A DNA stretch of 64,000 nucleotides, taken from Eledone cirrhosa. Its lineage: Eukaryota. The first letter of the stretch is position 1; every line of letters starts with the position of its first letter. The notes under the pieces are model-generated. The model saw only the letters and a program-made list of their open reading frames with translations, was not told the origin of the DNA and did no database searches. Both the position numbers and the translations under genes were made by a program. Location of the stretch: the NCBI GenBank assembly GCA_964016885.1, contig OZ024746.1:53072001-53136000 (forward strand), in the 5' to 3' direction. Below, piece after piece: positions 1-12,000 of this stretch.

Positions 1-3000
1 TGTTATTGTAGTTAGTGGTTGTTGTGATGGTAGTGTTGTTGTTGTTGTTGTAGTTAGTGGTTGATGTGATGGTAGTGTTGTTGTTGTTATTGTAGTTAGT
101 GGTTGTTGTGATGGTAGTGTTGTTATTGTTATTGTAGTGGGTGGTTGTTGTGATGGTAGTGTTGTTGTTGTTGTTGTAGTTAGTGGTTGCTGAGATGGTA
201 GTGTTGTTATTGTTATTGTAGTTAGTGGTTGTTGTGATGGTAGTGTTGTTGTTGTTGTTGTAGTTAGTGGTTGTTGTGATGGTAGTGTTGTTGTTATTGT
301 TATTGTAGTTAGAGGTTGCTGTGATGGTAGTGTTGTTGTTGTTATTGTAGTTAGTGGTTGCTGAGATGGCAGTGTTGTTGTTGTTTTTATTGTAGTTAGT
401 GGTTGCTGCGATGGTAGTGGTGTTGTTGTTGTTATTGTAGTTAGTGGTTTCTGTGATGGTAGTGTTGTTATTGTTGTTATTGTAGTTAGTGGTTTCTGTG
501 ATGGTAGTGCTGTTGTTGTTATTGTAGTTAGTGGTTGCTGAGATGGTAGTGTTGTTGTTGTTGTTATTGTAGTTAGAGGTTGCTGTGATGGTAGTGTTGT
601 TGTTGTTATTGTAGTTAGTGGTTTCTGTGATGGTAGTGTTGTTGTTGTTGTTATTGTAGTTAGTGGTTGCTGAGATGGTAGTGTTGTTGTTGTTGTTATT
701 GTAGTTAGTGGTTGCTGAGATGGTAGTGTTGTTGTTGTTGTTGTTATTGTAGTTAGTGGTTTCTGTGATGGTAGTGTTGTTGTTGTTATTGTAGTTAGTG
801 GTTGTTGAGATGGTAGTGTTGTTGATTTTTTTATTGTAGTTAGTGGTTGCTGTGATGGTAGTGTTGTTGTTGTTGTTATTGTAGTTAGTAATTGCTGTGA
901 TGGTAGTGTTGTTGTTGTTGTTGTTATTGTAGTTAGTGGTTGCTGTGATGGTAGTGTTGTTGTTGTTGTTGTTATTGTAGTTAGTGGTTGCTGGGATGGT
1001 AGTGTTGTTGTTGTTGTTATTGTAGTTAGAGGTTGCTGAGATGGTAGTGTTGTTGTTGTTATTCTAGTTAGTGGTTGCTGTGATAGTAGTGTTGTTGTTG
1101 TTGTTATTGTAGTTACAGGTTGCTGAGATGGTAGTGTTGTTGTTGTTATTCTAGTTAGTGGTTGCTGTGATGGTAGTGTTGTTGTTGTTGTTAATGTAGT
1201 TAGAGGTTGCTGAGATGGTAGTGTTGTTGTTGTTGTTATTGTAGTTAGTGGTTGCTGAGATGGTCGTGTTGTTGTTGTTGTTATTGTAGTTAGAGGTTGC
1301 TGAGATGGTAGTGTTGTTGTTGTTATTCTAGTTAGTGGTTGCTGTGATGGTAGTGTTGTTGTTGTTATTGTAGTTAGTGGTTGCTGAGATGGTAGTGTTG
1401 TTGTTGTTGTTATTGTAGTTAGTGGTTGCTGAGATGGTAGTGTTGTTGTTGTTGTTATTGTAGTTAGTGGTTTCTGTGATGGTAGTGTTGTTGTTGTTGT
1501 TATTGTAGTTAGTGGTTGCTGAGATGGTAGTGTTGTTGTTGTTGTTATTGTAGTTAGTGGTTTCTGTGATGGTAGTGTTGTTGTTGTTATTGTAGTTAGT
1601 GGTTGCTGAGATGGTAGTGTTGTTGTTGTTGCTATTGTAGTTAGTGGTTGCTGAGATGGTAGTGTTGTTGTTGTTGTTATTGTAGTTAGTGGCTGCTGAG
1701 ATGGTAGTGTTGTTGTTGTTGTTATTGTAGTTAGTGGTTGCTGAGTTGGTAGTGTTGTGGTTGTTGTTATTGTAGTTATTGGTTTCTGTGATGGTAGTGT
1801 TGTTGTTGTTGTTATTGTAGTTAGTGGTTGGTGAGATGGTAGTGTTGTTGTTGTTGTTATTGTAGTTAGTGGTTTCTGTGATGGTAGTATTGTTGTTGTT
1901 GTTATTGTAGTTAGTGGTTGCAGTGATGGTAGTGTTGTTGTTGTTATTCTAGTTAGTGGTTGCTGTGATGGTAGTGTTGTTGTTGTTGTTATTGTAGTTA
2001 GTGGTACCTGTGATTGTAGTGTTGTTGTTGTTATTGTAGTTAGTGGTTGCTGAGATGGTAGTGTTGTTGTTGTTGTTATTGTAGTTAGTGGTTGCTGTGA
2101 TTGTAGTGTTGTTGTTGTTGTTATTGTAGTTAGAGGTTGCTGATATGGTAGTGTTGTTGTTGTTGTTATTGTAGTTAGTGGTTGCTGAGATGGTAGTGTT
2201 GTTGTTGTTTTTATTGTAGTTAGAGGTTGCTGAGATGGTAGTGTTGTTGTTGTTATTCTAGTTAGTGGTTGCTGTGATGGTAGTGTTGTTGTTATTATTG
2301 TAGTTAGAGGTTGCTGAGATGGTAGTGTTGTTGTTGTTATTCTAGTTAGTGGTTGCTGTGATGGTAGTGTTGTTGTTGTTATTGTAGTTAGAGGTTGCTG
2401 TAATCGTAGTGTTGTTGTTGTTGTTATTGTAGTTAGTGGTTGCTGTTATGGTAGTGTTGTTGTTGTTATTCTAGTTAGTGGTTGCTGTGATGGTAGTGTT
2501 GTTGTTGTTGTTGTAGTTAGTGGTTGATGTGATGGTAGTGTTGTTGTTGTTATTGTAGTTAGTGGTTGTTGTGATGGTAGTGTTGTTGTTGTTGTTGTAG
2601 TTAGTGGTTGCTGAGATGGTAGTGTTGTTATTGTTATTGTAGTTAGTGGTTGTTGTGATGGTAGTGTTGTTGTTGTTGTTGTAGTTAGTGGTTGTTGTGA
2701 TGGTAGTGTTGTTGTTATTGTTATTGTAGTTAGAGGTTGCTGTGATGGTAGTGTTGTTGTTGTTATTGTAGTTAGTGGTTGCTGAGATGGCAGTGTTGTG
2801 TTGTTTTTATTGTAGTTAGTGGTTGCTGCGATGGTAGTGTTGTTGTTGTTGTTATTGTAGTTAGTGGTTTCTGTGATGGTAGTGTTGTTGTTGTTGTTAT
2901 TGTAGGTAGTGGTTTCTGTGATGGTAGTGTTGTTGTTGTTATTGTAGTTAGTGGTTGCTGAGATGGTAGTGTTGTTGTTGTTATTGTAGTTAGTGGTTGC

Positions 3001-6000
3001 TGAGATGGTAGTGTTGTTGTTGTTGTTATTGTAGTTAGAGGTTGCTGTGATGGTAGTGTTGTTGTTGTTATTGTAGTTAGTGGTTTCTGTGATGGTAGTG
3101 TTGTTGTTGTTGTTATTGTAGTTAGTGGTTGCTGAGATGGTAGTGTTGTTGTTGTTGTTATTGTAGTTAGTGGTTGCTGAGATGGTAGTGTTGTTGTTGT
3201 TGTTGTTATTGTAGTTAGTGGTTGCTAAGATGGTAGTGTTGTTGTTGTTGTTATTGTAGTTAGTGGTTGCTCTGATGGTAGTGTTATTGTTGTTATCGTA
3301 GTTAGTGGTTGCTGAGGCGGTAGTGTTGTTGTTGTTGTTATTGTAGTTAGTGGTTGCTGAGATGGTAGTGTTGTTGATTTTTTTTATTGTAGTTAGTGGT
3401 TTCTGTGATGGTAGTGTTGTTGTTGTTAGTGTAGTTAGTGGTTGCTGAGATGGTAGTGTTGTTGTTGTTGTTATTGTAGTTAGTGGTTGCTGAGATGGTA
3501 GTGTTGTTGTTGTTGTTATTGTAGTTAGTGGTTTCTGTGATGGTTGTGTTGTTGTTGTTGTTATTGTAGTTAGTGGTTGCTGTGGTGGTAGTGTTGTTGT
3601 TGTTATTCTAGTTGGTGGTTGCTGTGATGGTAGTGTTGTTGTTGTTGTTATTGTAGGTAGAGGTGGCTGAGATGGTAGTGTTGTTGTTGTTGTTATTGTA
3701 GTTAGTGATTGCTGTGATGGTAGTGTTGTTGTTATTATTGTAGTTAGAGGTTGCTGAGATGGTAGTGTTGTTGTTGTTGTTATTGTAGTTACAGGTTGCT
3801 GAGATGGTAGTGTTGTTGTTGTTGTTATTGTAGTTAGTGGTTGCTGAGATGGTAGTGTTGTTGTTGTTATTCTAGTTAGTGGTTGCTGTGATGGTAGTGT
3901 TGTTGTTATTATTGTAGTTAGAGGTTGCTGAGATGGTAGTGTTGTTGTTGTTATTGTAGTTAGAGGTTGCTGTAATCGTAGTGTTGTTGTTGTTGTTATT
4001 GTAGTTAGTGGTTGCTGTTATGGTATTGTTGTTGTTGTTATTCTAGTTAGTGGTTGCTGTGATGGTAGTGTTGTTGTTGTTATTGTAGTTAGAGGTTGCT
4101 GTAATCGTAGTGTTGTTGTTGTTGTTATTGTAGTTAGTGGTTGCTGTTATGGTATTGTTGTTGTTGTTATTCTAGTTAGTGGTTGCTGTGATGGTAGTGT
4201 TGTTGTTGTTGTTGTTGTTGTTGTAGTTAGTGGTTGCTGTTATGGTAGTATTGTTGTTGTTATTGTAGTTAGAGATTGCTGAGATGGTAGTGTTGTTGTT
4301 GTTGTTAGTGGTTGCTGTGATGTTAGTGTTGTTGTTATTGTACTTAGTGGTTGCTGTGATGCTAGTGTTGTTGTTATTGTTACTGTAGTTAGAGGTTGCT
4401 GTGTTGGTAGTTTTGTTGTTGTTATTGTAGTTAGTGGTTGTTGTGATGGTAGTGTTGTTGTTGTTGTTGTAGTTAGTGGTTGATGTGATGGTAGTGTTGT
4501 TATTATTATTGTAGTTAGTGGTTGTTGTGATGGTAGTGTTGTTGTTGTTGTTGTAGTTAGTGGTTGATGTGATGGTAGTGTTGTTGTTGTTATTGTAGTT
4601 AGTGCTTGTTGTGATGGTAGTGTTGTTGTTGTTGTTGTAGTTAGTGGTTGATGTGATGGTAGTGTTGTTGTTGTTATTGTAGTTAGTGGTTGTTGTGATG
4701 GTAGTGCTGTTGTTGATGTTGTTGTAGTTAGTGGTTGGTGTGATGGTAGTGTTGTTATTGTTATTGTAGTTAGTGGTTGTTGTGATGGTAGTGTTGTTGT
4801 TGTTGTTGTAGTTAGTGGTTGCTGAGATGGTAGTGTTGTTATTGTTATTGTAGTTAGTGGTTGTTGTGATGGTAGTGTTGTTGTTGTTGTTGTAGTTAGT
4901 GGTTGTTGTGATGGTAGTGTTGTTGTTATTGTTATTGTAGTTAGAGGTTGCTGTGATGGTAGTGTTGTTGTTGTTATTGTAGTTAGTGGTTGCTGAGATG
5001 GCAGTGTTGTGTTGTTTTTATTGTAGTTAGTGGTTGCTGCGATGGTAGTGTTGTTGTTGTTGTTATTGTAGTTAGTGGTTTCTGTGATGGTAGTGTTGTT
5101 GTTGTTGTTATTGTAGGTAGTGGTTTCTGTGATGGTAGTGTTGTTGTTGTTATTGTAGTTAGTGGTTGCTGAGATGGTAGTGTTGTTGTTGTTATTGTAG
5201 TTAGTGGTTGCTGAGATGGTAGTGTTGTTGTTGTTGTTATTGTAGTTAGAGGTTGCTGTGATGGTAGTGTTGTTGTTGTTATTGTAGTTAGTGGTTTCTG
5301 TGATGGTAGTGTTGTTGTTGTTGTTATTGTAGTTAGTGGTTGCTGAGATGGTAGTGTTGTTGTTGTTGTTATTGTAGTTAGTGGTTGCTGAGATGGTAGT
5401 GTTGTTGTTGTTGTTGTTATTGTAGTTAGTGGTTGCTAAGATGGTAGTGTTGTTGTTGTTGTTATTGTAGTTAGTGGTTGCTCTGATGGTAGTGTTGTTG
5501 TTGTTATCGTAGTTAGTGGTTGCTGAGATGGTAGTGTTGTTGTTGTTGTTATTGTAGTTAGTGGTTGCCGAGATGGTAGTGTTGTTGTTGTTGTTATTGT
5601 AGTTAGTGGTTTCTGTGATGGTAGTGTTGTTGCTGTTATTGTAGTTAGTGGTTTCTGTGATGGTAGTGTTGTTGTTGTTATTGTAGTTAGTGGTTGCTGA
5701 GATGGTAGTGTTGTTGATTTTTTTTATTGTAGTTAGTGGTTGCTGTGATGGTAGTGTTGTTGTTGTTACTGTAGTTAGTGGTTGCTGAGATGGTAGTGTT
5801 GTTGTTGTTGTTATTGTAGTTAGTGGTTGCTGAGATGGTAGTGTTGTTGTTGTTGTTATTGTAGTTAGTGGTTTCTGTGATGGTTGTGTTGTTGTTGTTG
5901 TTATTGTAGTTAGTGGTTGCTGTGGTGGTAGTGTTGTTGTTGTTGTTGTTGTTGTTGTTGTAGTTAGTGGTTGCTGTTATGGTAGTATTGTTGTTGTTAT

Positions 6001-9000
6001 TGTAGTTAGAGATTGCTGAGATGGTAGTGTTGTTGTTGTTGTTAGTGGTTGCTGTGATGTTAGTGTTGTTGTTATTGTACTTAGTGGTTGCTGTGATGCT
6101 AGTGTTGTTGTTATTGTTATTGTAGTTAGAGGTTGCTGTGTTGGTAGTTTTGTTGTTGTTATTGTAGTTAGTGGTTGTTGTGATGGTAGTGTTGTTGTTG
6201 TTGTTGTAGTTAGTGGTTGATGTGATGGTAGTGTTGTTATTATTATTGTAGTTAGTGGTTGTTGTGATGGTAGTGTTGTTGTTGTTGTTGTAGTTAGTGG
6301 TTGATGTGATGGTAGTGTTGTTATTGTTATTGTAGTTAGTGCTTGTTGTGATGGTAGTGTTGTTGTTGTTGTTGTAGTTAGTGGTTGATGTGATGGTAGT
6401 GTTGTTGTTGTTATTGTAGTTAGTGGTTGTTGTGATGGTAGTGCTGTTGTTGATGTTGTTGTAGTTAGTGGTTGGTGTGATGGTAGTGTTGTTATTGTTA
6501 TTGTAGTTAGTGGTTGTTGTGATGGTAGTGTTGTTGTAATTGTTGTAGTTAGTGGTTGCTGAGATGGTAGTGTTGTTATTGTTATTGTAGTTAGTGGTTG
6601 TTGTGATGGTAGTGTTGTTGTTGTTGTTGTAGTTAGTGGTTGTTGTGATGGTAGTGTTGTTGTTATTGTTATTGTAGTTAGAGGTTGCTGTGATGGTAGT
6701 GTTGTTGTTGTTATTGTAGTTAGTGGTTGCTGAGATGGCAGTGTTGTGTTGTTTTTATTGTAGTTAGTGGTTGCTGCGATGGTAGTGTTGTTGTTGTTGT
6801 TATTGTAGTTAGTGGTTTCTGTGATGGTAGTGTTGTTGTTGTTGTTATTGTAGGTAGTGGTTTCTGTGATGGTAGTGTTGTTGTTGTTATTGTAGTTAGT
6901 GGTTGCTGAGATGGTAGTGTTGTTGTTGTTATTGTAGTTAGTGGTTGCTGAGATGGTAGTGTTGTTGTTGTTGTTATTGTAGTTAGAGGTTGCTGTGATG
7001 GTAGTGTTGTTGTTGTTATTGTAGTTAGTGGTTTCTGTGATGGTAGTGTTGTTGTTGTTGTTATTGTAGTTAGTGGTTGCTGAGATGGTAGTGTTGTTGT
7101 TGTTGTTATTGTAGTTAGTGGTTGCTGAGATGGTAGTGTTGTTGTTGTTGTTGTTGTTATTGTAGTTAGTGGTTGCTAAGATGGTAGTGTTGTTGTTGTT
7201 GTTATTGTAGTTAGTGGTTGCTCTGATGGTAGTGTTGTTGTTGTTATCGTAGTTAGTGGTTGCTGAGGCGGTAGTGTTGTTGTTGTTGTTATTGTAGTTA
7301 GTGGTTGCCGAGATGGTAGTGTTGTTGTTGTTGTTATTGTAGTTAGTGGTTTCTGTGATGGTAGTGTTGTTGCTGTTATTGTAGTTAGTGGTTTCTGTGA
7401 TGGTAGTGTTGTTGTTGTTATTGTAGTTAGTGATTGCTGAGATGGTAGTGTTGTTGATTTTTTTTATTGTAGTTAGTGGTTTCTGTGATGGTAGTGTTGT
7501 TGTTGTTACTGTAGTTAGTGGTTGCTGAGATGGTAGTGTTGTTGTTGTTGTTATTGTAGTTAGTGGTTGCTGAGATGGTAGTGTTGTTGTTGTTGTTATT
7601 GTAGTTAGTGGTTTCTGTGATGGTTGTGTTGTTGTTGTTGTTATTGTAGTTAGTGGTTGCTGTGGTGGTAGTGTTGTTGTTGTTATTGTAGTTAGTGATT
7701 GCTGTGATGGTAGTGGTTTTGTTGTTGTTATCGTAGTTACAGGTTGCTGAGATGGTAGTGTTGTTGTTGTTGTTATTGTAGTTAGTGGTTGCTGAGATGG
7801 TAGTGTTGTTGTTGTTATTCTAGTTAGTGGTTGCTGTGATGGTAGTGTTGTTGTTATTATTGTAGTTAGAGGTTGCTGAGATGGTAGTGTTGTTGTTGTT
7901 ATTCTAGTTAATGGTTGCTGTGATGGTAGTGTTGTTGTTGTTGTTATTGTAGTTAGTGGTTGCTGTTATGGTATTGTTGTTGTTGTTATTCTAGTTAGTG
8001 GTTGCTGTGATGGTAGTGTTGTTGTTGTTGTTGTTGTTGTTGTAGTTAGTGGTTGCTGTTATGGTAGTATTGTTGTTGTTATTGTAGTTAGAGATTGCTG
8101 AGATGGTAGTGTTGTTGTTGTTGTTAGTGGTTGCTGTGATGTTAGTGTTGTTGTTATTGTACTTAGTGGTTGCTGTGATGCTAGTGTTGTTGTTATTGTT
8201 ACTGTAGTTAGAGGTTGCTGTGTTGGTAGTTTTGTTGTTGTTATTGTAGTTAGTGGTTGTTGTGATGGTAGTGTTGTTGTTGTTGTTGTAGTTAGTGGTT
8301 GATGTGATGGTAGTGTTGTTATTATTATTGTAGTTAGTGGTTGTTGAGATGGTAGTGTTGTTGTTGTTGTTGTAGTTAGTGGTTGATGTGATGGTAGTGT
8401 TGTTGTTGTTATTGTAGTTAGTGCTTGTTGTGATGGTAGTGTTGTTGTTGTTGTTGTAGTTAGTGGTTGATGTGATGGTAGTGTTGTTGTTGTTATTGTA
8501 GTTAGTGGTTGTTGTGATGGTAGTGCTGTTGTTGATGTTGTTGTAGTTAGTGGTTGGTGTGATGGTAGTGTTGTTATTGTTATTGTAGTTAGTGGTTGTT
8601 GTGATGGTAGTGTTGTTGTTGTTGTTGTAGTTAGTGGTTGCTGAGATGGTAGTGTTGTTATTGTTATTGTAGTTAGTGGTTGTTGTGATGGTAGTGTTGT
8701 TGTTGTTGTTGTAGTTAGTGGTTGTTGTGATGGTAGTGTTGTTGTTATTGTTATTGTAGTTAGAGGTTGCTGTGATGGTAGTGTTGTTGTTGTTATTGTA
8801 GTTAGTGGTTGCTGAGATGGCAGTGTTGTGTTGTTTTTATTGTAGTTAGTGGTTGCTGCGATGGTAGTGTTGTTGTTGTTGTTATTGTAGTTAGTGGTTT
8901 CTGTGATGGTAGTGTTGTTGTTGTTGTTATTGTAGGTAGTGGTTTCTGTGATGGTAGTGTTGTTGTTGTTATTGTAGTTAGTGGTTGCTGAGATGGTAGT

Positions 9001-12000
9001 GTTGTTGTTGTTATTGTAGTTAGTGGTTGCTGAGATGGTAGTGTTGTTGTTGTTGTTATTGTAGTTAGAGGTTGCTGTGATGGTAGTGTTGTTGTTGTTA
9101 TTGTAGTTAGTGGTTTCTGTGATGGTAGTGTTGTTGTTGTTGTTATTGTAGTTAGTGGTTGCTGAGATGGTAGTGTTGTTGTTGTTGTTATTGTAGTTAG
9201 TGGTTGCTGAGATGGTAGTGTTGTTGTTGTTGTTGTTATTGTAGTTAGTGGTTGCTAAGATGGTAGTGTTGTTGTTGTTGTTATTGTAGTTAGTGGTTGC
9301 TCTGATGGTAGTGTTGTTGTTGTTATCGTAGTTAGTGGTTGCTGAGACGGTAGTGTTGTTGTTGTTGTTATTGTAGTTAGTGGTTGCCGAGATGGTAGTG
9401 TTGTTGTTGTTGTTATTGTAGTTAGTGGTTTCTGTGATGGTAGTGTTGTGGTTGTTGTTATTGTAGTTATTGGTTTCTGTGATGGTAGTGTTGTTGTTGT
9501 TGTTATTGTAGTTAGTGGTTGGTGAGATGGTAGTGTTGTTGTTGTTGTTATTGTAGTTAGTGGTTTCTGTGATGGTAGTATTGTTGTTGTTGTTATTGTA
9601 GTTAGTGGTTGCAGTGATGGTAGTGTTGTTGTTGTTATTCTAGTTAGTGGTTGCTGTGATGGTAGTGTTGTTGTTGTTGTTATTGTAGTTAGTGGTACCT
9701 GTGATTGTAGTGTTGTTGTTGTTATTGTAGTTAGTGGTTGCTGAGATGGTAGTGTTGTTGTTGTTGTTATTGTAGTTAGTGGTTGCTGTGATTGTAGTGT
9801 TGTTGTTGTTGTTATTGTAGTTAGAGGTTGCTGATATGGTAGTGTTGTTGTTGTTGTTATTGTAGTTAGTGGTTGCTGAGATGGTAGTGTTGTTGTTGTT
9901 TTTATTGTAGTTAGAGGTTGCTGAGATGGTAGTGTTGTTGTTGTTATTCTAGTTAGTGGTTGCTGTGATGGTAGTATTGTTGTTGTTATTGTAGTTAGAG
10001 GTTGCTGTAATCGTAGTGTTGTTGTTGTTGTTATTGTAGTTAGTTGTTGCTGTTATGGTAGTGTTGTTGTTGTTATTCTAGTTAGTGGTTGCTGTGATGG
10101 TAGTGTTGTAGTTGTTGTTGTTGTTGTTGTTGTAGTTAGTGGTTGCTGTTATAGGTAGTATTGTTGTTGTTATTGTAGTTAGAGATTGCTGAGATGGTAG
10201 TGTTGTTGTTGTTGTTAGTGGTTGCTGTGATGTTAGTGTTGTTGTTATTGTACTTAGTGGTTGCTGTGATGCTAGTGTTGTTGTTATTGTCATTGTAGTT
10301 AGAGGTTGCTGTGTTGGTAGTTTTGTTGTTGTTATTGTAGTTAGTGGTTGTTGTGATGGTAGTGTTGTTGTTGTTGTTGTAGTTAGTGGTTGATGTGATG
10401 GTAGTGTTGTTATTATTATTGTAGTTAGTGGTTGTTGTGATGGTAGTGTTGTTGTTGTTGTTGTAGTTAGTGGTTGATGTGATGGTAGTGTTGTTGTTGT
10501 TATTGTAGTTAGTGCTTGTTGTGATGGTAGTGTTGTTGTTGTTGTTGTAGTTAGTGGTTGATGTGATGGTAGTGTTGTTGTTGTTATTGTAGTTAGTGGT
10601 TGTTGTGATGGTAGTGCTGTTGTTGATGTTGTTGTAGTTAGTGGTTGGTGTGATGGTAGTGTTGTTATTGTTATTGTAGTTAGTGGTTGTTGTGATGGTA
10701 GTGTTGTTGTTGTTGTTGTAGTTAGTGGTTGCTGAGATGGTAGTGTTGTTATTGTTATTGTAGTTAGTGGTTGTTGTGATGGTAGTGTTGTTTTTGTTGT
10801 TGTAGTTAGTGGTTGTTGTGATGGTAGTGTTGTTGTTGTTGTTATTGTAGTTAGAGGTTGCTGTGATGGTAGTGTTGTTGTTGTTATTGTAGTTAGTGGT
10901 TGCTGAGATGGCAGTGTTGTGTTGTTTTTATTGTAGTTAGTGGTTGCTGCGATGGTAGTGTTGTTGTTGTTGTTATTGTAGTTAGTGGTTTCTGTGATGG
11001 TAGTGTTGTTGTTGTTGTTATTGTAGGTAGTGGTTTCTGTGATGGTAGTGTTGTTGTTGTTATTGTAGTTAGTGGTTGCTGAGATGGTAGTGTTGTTGTT
11101 GTTATTGTAGTTAGTGGTTGCTGAGATGGTAGTGTTGTTGTTGTTGTTATTGTAGTTAGTGGTTGCTGAGATGGTAGTGTTGTTGTTGTTGTTATTGTAG
11201 TTAGTGGTTGCTAAGATGGTAGTGTTGTTGTTGTTATTGTAGTTAGTGGTTTCTGTGATGGTAGTGTTGTTGTTGTTGTTATTGTAGTTAGTGGTTGCTG
11301 AGATGGTAGTGTTGTTGTTGTTATTGTAGTTAGTGGTTTCTGTGATGGTAGTGTTGTTGTTGTTGTTATTGTAGTTAGTGGTTGCTGAGATGGTAGTGTT
11401 GTTGTTGTTGTTATTGTAGTTAGTGGTTGCTAAGATGGTAGTGTTGTTGTTGTTGTTATTGTAGTTAGTGGTTGCTCTGATGGTAGTGTTGTTGTTGTTA
11501 TCGTAGTTAGTGGTTGCTGAGACGGTAGTGTTGTTGTTGTTGTTATTGTAGTTAGTGGTTGCCGAGATGGTAGTGTTGTTGTTGTTGTTATTGTAGTTAG
11601 TGGTTTCTGTGATGGTAGTGTTGTTGTTGTTGTTATTGTAGTTAGTGGTTTCTGTGATGGTTGTGTTGTTGTTGTTGTTATTGTAGTTAGTGGTTGCTGT
11701 GGTGGTAGTGTTGTTGTTGTTATTCTAGTTGGTGGTTGCTGTGATGGTAGTGTTGTTGTTGTTGTTATTGTAGGTAGAGGTGGCTGAGATGGTAGTGTTG
11801 TTGTTGTTGTTATTGTAGTTAGTGATTGCTGTGATGGTAGTGGTTTTGTTGTTGTTATTGTAGTTACAGGTTGCTGAGATGGTAGTGATGTTGTTGTTGT
11901 TATTGTTATTGTAGTTAGTGGTTGCTGAGATGGTAGTGTTGTTGTTGTTATTCTAGTTAGTGGTTGCTGTGATGGTAGTGTTGTTGTTATTATTGTAGTT